Shown here piece by piece: positions 60,281 to 64,000 of a stretch of 64,000 nucleotides of DNA. Below the pieces are notes generated by a model. It was not told the origin of the DNA and did no database searches. It saw only the letters and a program-made list of their open reading frames with translations. How positions within the stretch are numbered: the stretch's first letter is position 1; every line of letters begins with the position of its first letter. Source of the stretch: Bryobacterales bacterium (GTDB taxonomy: Bacteria; Acidobacteriota; Terriglobia; Bryobacterales; Bryobacteraceae); contig CAVXGM010000027.1 in the NCBI GenBank assembly GCA_963761265.1, positions 1,138-65,137 on the forward strand, in the 5' to 3' direction. The position numbers and the translations under genes are program-made.

Positions 60281-61933
60281 ATGATCCGATTCATCCTGAT
60301 TCTCGTTGCGCTCAGCGCCTCGCTAGTGGCTCAGGACGCCGACCTGATCCTGATCAACGGCAAGATCCTGACAGTCGACACCGCATTTTCCATGCAGCAG
60401 GCTTTAGCCGTCCGCGATGGCAAGATTACTGCCATTGGCGCAACGGCTGAGATTCGGAAACTCGCGGGAGCGAAAACCAAAGTGATCGACTTGGGTGGCC
60501 GCACGGTCATCCCGGGACTCATCGATTCCCACATGCATGCGATCCGCGCCGCCTCCTTCTTTGCCACCGAAACCAATTGGGCGGGCGTGCCCGCGCTCTC
60601 AGACGCCCTCCAACGCATTCGGGCCTCGGCAGCGGCCAAAAGTCCTGGCGATTGGATTGTCGTGGGTGGCGGCTGGAGGCCGGAGCAGTTTCGCGAAAAA
60701 CGTCTTCCGACGCAGGCGGAACTGGCAGAGGCGGCCGGAGATCACCCCGCATACGTACAGATGCTCTATTCCTGGGCACTTCTGAACCAGCGGGGCTTGG
60801 ACGCGCTGCACATTCGATCCGATGCCGATCTTCCGGCCGGAGGCAAGCTCGATCGCGACGCAACCGGCCAACCCACGGGCGGCATTACGGGCGGCATCGT
60901 TGCTTTGTTCGACCGCCTGCCCAGACCGACCCTCGAACAACAAGTTGAGGGGACAAAGAAGTTCTTTCGTGAATTGAATCGGCTGGCGATGACGGGCGTG
61001 AGCGATCCTTGTGGGAACAACGTGACGCCGGCCTCTTATGATGCGGTTAACAGGGTGTGGCGCGACCGTCAGCTTACCGTGCGCGTCACATATACCATCT
61101 GCGGATTTAATCCCCCGCACGAATTCGAAGAATACCAGAAGTATCTCGGCTTGATGCCCATGGGTTTTGGCGACGACATGATGCACTTCAATGGCATCGG
61201 CGAGCAGATCGTGTGGGCTATTAATAATGTGGTCAAGCCGGATCCCGCGGATCTGGAGCGCTTTTACCAGATCGCCAGGTGGGCGGCGGGGCGCGGGTAT
61301 GGGCTCACGTTTCACTGCACCACCGATGCGGCGGTAGATGCGATTTTGACGGTCTTCGAGCGGGTGGACCGGGAAACGCCGATCAAAAATCTGCGGTGGT
61401 CGATCGCGCATCTCAACGACGCGTCTCCCGCGAGCCTCCGCCGGATGAAGGCCCTCGGCATGGGTTGGACTATGCAGGATGCCATGTATTTCGATGGCGA
61501 GGATACCGAACGCCGCGTAGGCCCACAAGCGATACGCCGCATGCCTCCGGTTGAGACCGCCCGCGAGATCGGCGTGCCTGTGGGAGCGGGCACGGATGCC
61601 CATCGCGTGGCGCCCTATAATCCGTTCACGGCACTTCAGTGGGCACTCGACGGAAGGACCGTGGGCGGGAAGGCCCTGCGCGGGCCTGAGGAGACACCGA
61701 GCCGCGCCAATGCCCTGCGCGCTTACACTCTCGGCAGCGCCTGGTTCTCGCACGACGACGACAAGCGCGGCTCGCTCGAACCTGGTAAGTTCGCCGACTT
61801 CGCGGTACTCACCAAGGATTATGCGACGATTCCGGTGGATCAGATCGGCGGACTGGAATCCCTAATGACCGTAGTGGGTGGTCGGATTGTCTACGCGGTG
61901 GGTCCCTTCGCGAAATGGCAAACAGAGCCGTAG
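60281..61933 (+). CDS. amidohydrolase-family metal-dependent hydrolase (Amidohydro_3-like)
   Basis: Signal peptide, DLILINGKILTVD, IPGLIDSHMHA. Confidence 0.85.
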   Translation: MIRFILILVALSASLVAQDADLILINGKILTVDTAFSMQQALAVRDGKITAIGATAEIRKLAGAKTKVIDLGGRTVIPGLIDSHMHAIRAASFFATETNWAGVPALSDALQRIRASAAAKSPGDWIVVGGGWRPEQFREKRLPTQAELAEAAGDHPAYVQMLYSWALLNQRGLDALHIRSDADLPAGGKLDRDATGQPTGGITGGIVALFDRLPRPTLEQQVEGTKKFFRELNRLAMTGVSDPCGNNVTPASYDAVNRVWRDRQLTVRVTYTICGFNPPHEFEEYQKYLGLMPMGFGDDMMHFNGIGEQIVWAINNVVKPDPADLERFYQIARWAAGRGYGLTFHCTTDAAVDAILTVFERVDRETPIKNLRWSIAHLNDASPASLRRMKALGMGWTMQDAMYFDGEDTERRVGPQAIRRMPPVETAREIGVPVGAGTDAHRVAPYNPFTALQWALDGRTVGGKALRGPEETPSRANALRAYTLGSAWFSHDDDKRGSLEPGKFADFAVLTKDYATIPVDQIGGLESLMTVVGGRIVYAVGPFAKWQTEP

Positions 61934-62204
61934 CGTATGCAACGTCTCATCGAGTCCCAGCTTGAAATAGTGTTCTGAGAGTCGGGAACCCGCAGGAGCA
62001 AGTTGTGGAAAATGATAGTTCGCGTGTCCGGCCTGTTGGCGCGTTGGCCCGCTAGAGCTGCTCGTTTCCCGGGGGAAGTTTGACGAGAAACGGGCTACCC
62101 GCGGATTGGGCTTTCGCTGGAATCGCGGATCTTGGAAGCGCCAAAGGCCGCGCCCCTGAGGATTCAAGCAGCGTGCCGACTCTTCGTTCGTGATCCGTCC
62201 TTCG

Positions 62205-63215
62205 TTATCTGGGTGCGCCCCGACTAGTGGCTGGAAGGGAGCGCGGCATGGCGCCTGCGAGCAGGAGAACATCGCCGCAGAACATCAGAGTATCCGCCAG
62301 GTAATTCAAGCCCTTGTCCAGGCTGGCGCGTTCCACTATCCCGATCGGCACATAGACCACCAGGATCGTAAGCAGCACCATCACTCCCAGCCACGTCGCG
62401 GCCGCGCGGGTTTTCCTGCCGGCTAGCAGCAGTGGACCCGCCACAGCGTAAACCGCGGCTGTCAGGTACGTCCAGATCGAGTGTCCATAGATCCACGCGG
62501 GAGTCACCGCCTCGAGCGGAATGCCGGGAACGTGGTCGCCGTGCAGGAACTGCTCGAAGCTGTAAAACAGGATAGGGATCGCGACGAAGTATCGCGCAAT
62601 CGTCGCAAGGATGTGCGCGCGTGGTTGGTGCTGCGACCCGGCAAGGCTGGCTGACAGCGCCAGACCACCGCCGCTGAAGGCGAATTCCCTCAGCATGAGC
62701 GCTGTGGCGAACCGGTCGCGCGGATTTTGCGACCACGCCGGGGCGTCCATCAGTACCGCGAAAAGGAAAAACGTCAGGCCGAGCAGACCCGCCGCAAGTC
62801 GGGCCTGTATCCCCGTCACAAGGCTCAGCCCCGCTGCGATAAAGCAGGCGCCCACGAAATACACCCAAAACTTGTGCCACGGAATCCACGGCGGCACCAT
62901 CGACACCATGCCCGCCGTCACCGTGAAATGTTCAGCGCCGAAGGCCGCGACGGGTGCCGCGTAGAAAAGCGGTCCAAACAGAATTAGCTTGTCGAATCCT
63001 CGCTCCGCTTGCCATTCGCGACGAAGAAACATCGCGGCCAGCCCGATTGCAACAACCGCTCCACCGGCACAATACGACCACGTCACCTGGCTGGGAATTA
63101 CGAGAAGAGCCAGGATTGTGGACGAATTCACCAAGCTGTAGCCCCCGCCGGTTCCTCTCCGCCTCGTCGTGCTTCGCCCAACGTCCCTCCCGTCGAAGAT
63201 GCCCTCAGGGACCAC
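62205..63215 (-). CDS. polytopic membrane protein (DoxX-like repeat feel)
   Basis: About 8 hydrophobic segments. Start uncertain. No catalytic motif. Confidence 0.55.
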   Translation of the reverse strand: MVPEGIFDGRDVGRSTTRRRGTGGGYSLVNSSTILALLVIPSQVTWSYCAGGAVVAIGLAAMFLRREWQAERGFDKLILFGPLFYAAPVAAFGAEHFTVTAGMVSMVPPWIPWHKFWVYFVGACFIAAGLSLVTGIQARLAAGLLGLTFFLFAVLMDAPAWSQNPRDRFATALMLREFAFSGGGLALSASLAGSQHQPRAHILATIARYFVAIPILFYSFEQFLHGDHVPGIPLEAVTPAWIYGHSIWTYLTAAVYAVAGPLLLAGRKTRAAATWLGVMVLLTILVVYVPIGIVERASLDKGLNYLADTLMFCGDVLLLAGAMPRSLPATSRGAPR

Positions 63216-63377
63216 GAAGCTAGCCGACAGCGCAATCTGCGTAAACTTCTGAAGATCGAACTTGCCATATAATAACGGGAAACGTGCTAGGACACATCAA
63301 AGTTTTGCTTTGAGCACCGCCGCGTCCCATGGCCCTAGCCGGCTTCCCTGTGTCTGTCCGCGCCGGCGATTACCGCT

Positions 63378-64000
63378 CTAGATAGGAAGCAAAAGGCTAC
63401 GCCCGATCACTCCGGTGAGCTGGTCTTGAGCATCCAGTGCGGCGTCGCGGCTGAAGCCTTCAAGGTTCCGAAGGTGAACGGCGAAGTTCCAAGCCAGGTC
63501 GCGCGCAGCGCGGATGTTCCAGATTGCGAGCAGCCGCCCCACCTTTCCCGTGTCTTGCGCCATTTCACCAACGATCCCAGCTGCCAGAAAGTTTAATGCC
63601 GGCGGGAGCACCTGCTCCAGTAAATTGTTCACGCGCTCATAATCATCATGCTCGGGACTATGCAGCTCTGGCGTCATATGCAACTCATTGTTAGTTTGCA
63701 GAAGGGCCAAGGCCAGATCGTGATTGATATGAGCATTCATCCCCGCCAAAGCAAACTGTATCCGATCGACACCGGCTCTGTTCCTCGCCTCAAACACAGC
63801 CTCCCACGAACTGGGGGCATCAGGGTTCTGCTGCAGTTGTACCGGCTATTGCCGCGAAGTAAAAGCCCCGCAAAGACCACGTCGAGACGCGTCAGCCACG
63901 AGGTATCTTGCCAGCCATTTGACTGGGGCTGATCGTCGATTCGCTGAGTCACCATCCAATAGAGCTTATTGAACCACTTCAGACCGTCGCTGCTCGGCAA
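63378..64000 (-). pseudogene. DUF5995-like protein, 5'-partial at the window edge and frame-broken
   Basis: WFNKLYWMVTQRI...WLTRLDVVFAGL (ORF 63737..64000) and FEARNRAGVDRIQFALAGMNAHINHDLALAL (ORF 63378..63797) belong to one protein, with a break at ~63800-63850. Confidence 0.55.

Noticed and set aside
61934-62204. 136-aa minus-strand ORF (61862..62272) between the amidohydrolase and the membrane protein
   Set aside because: It overlaps both neighbours and has no motifs. Probably intergenic.

Overview
GC-rich (roughly 60% or more) bacterial chromosomal segment. Its gene content looks acidobacterial: an ADOP-type duplicated FtsX permease behind a PadR regulator, two ECF-sigma / Ser-Thr-kinase-TPR pairs, a PEP-CTERM protein, and several PQQ quinoprotein dehydrogenases with c-type cytochromes. 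Most genes are metabolic or envelope-related: a xylan side-chain cluster (GH67 alpha-glucuronidase, xylB, xylose-isomerase-like), two tandem histidine-acid-phosphatase paralogs, a two-subunit aconitase-X next to a prolyl oligopeptidase, a B12/radical-SAM enzyme, a di-haem peroxidase, an amidohydrolase and an LLM oxidoreductase. I found no rRNA, CRISPR array, transposase or integrase. About 15 genes can only be read through one or more single-base frameshifts, and these breaks are clustered rather than evenly spread. The items most worth a second look: (1) two peptidoglycan-binding-domain genes, one with an HExxH zincin motif, each behind a near-identical ECF-type promoter (26.1-28.0 kb); (2) three tandem copies of a small TM + RFD-heptad gene with variable 21-bp repeat number, wedged inside an operon-like string (36.7-37.7 kb); (3) a small islet at 11.7-13.9 kb holding a ThuA gene remnant, an abutting two-gene cassette whose second product looks HEPN-like, and a strongly C-skewed orphan gene; (4) several gene remnants and breakpoints. 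All functional calls come from motifs and family resemblance read by eye. No database search was run.
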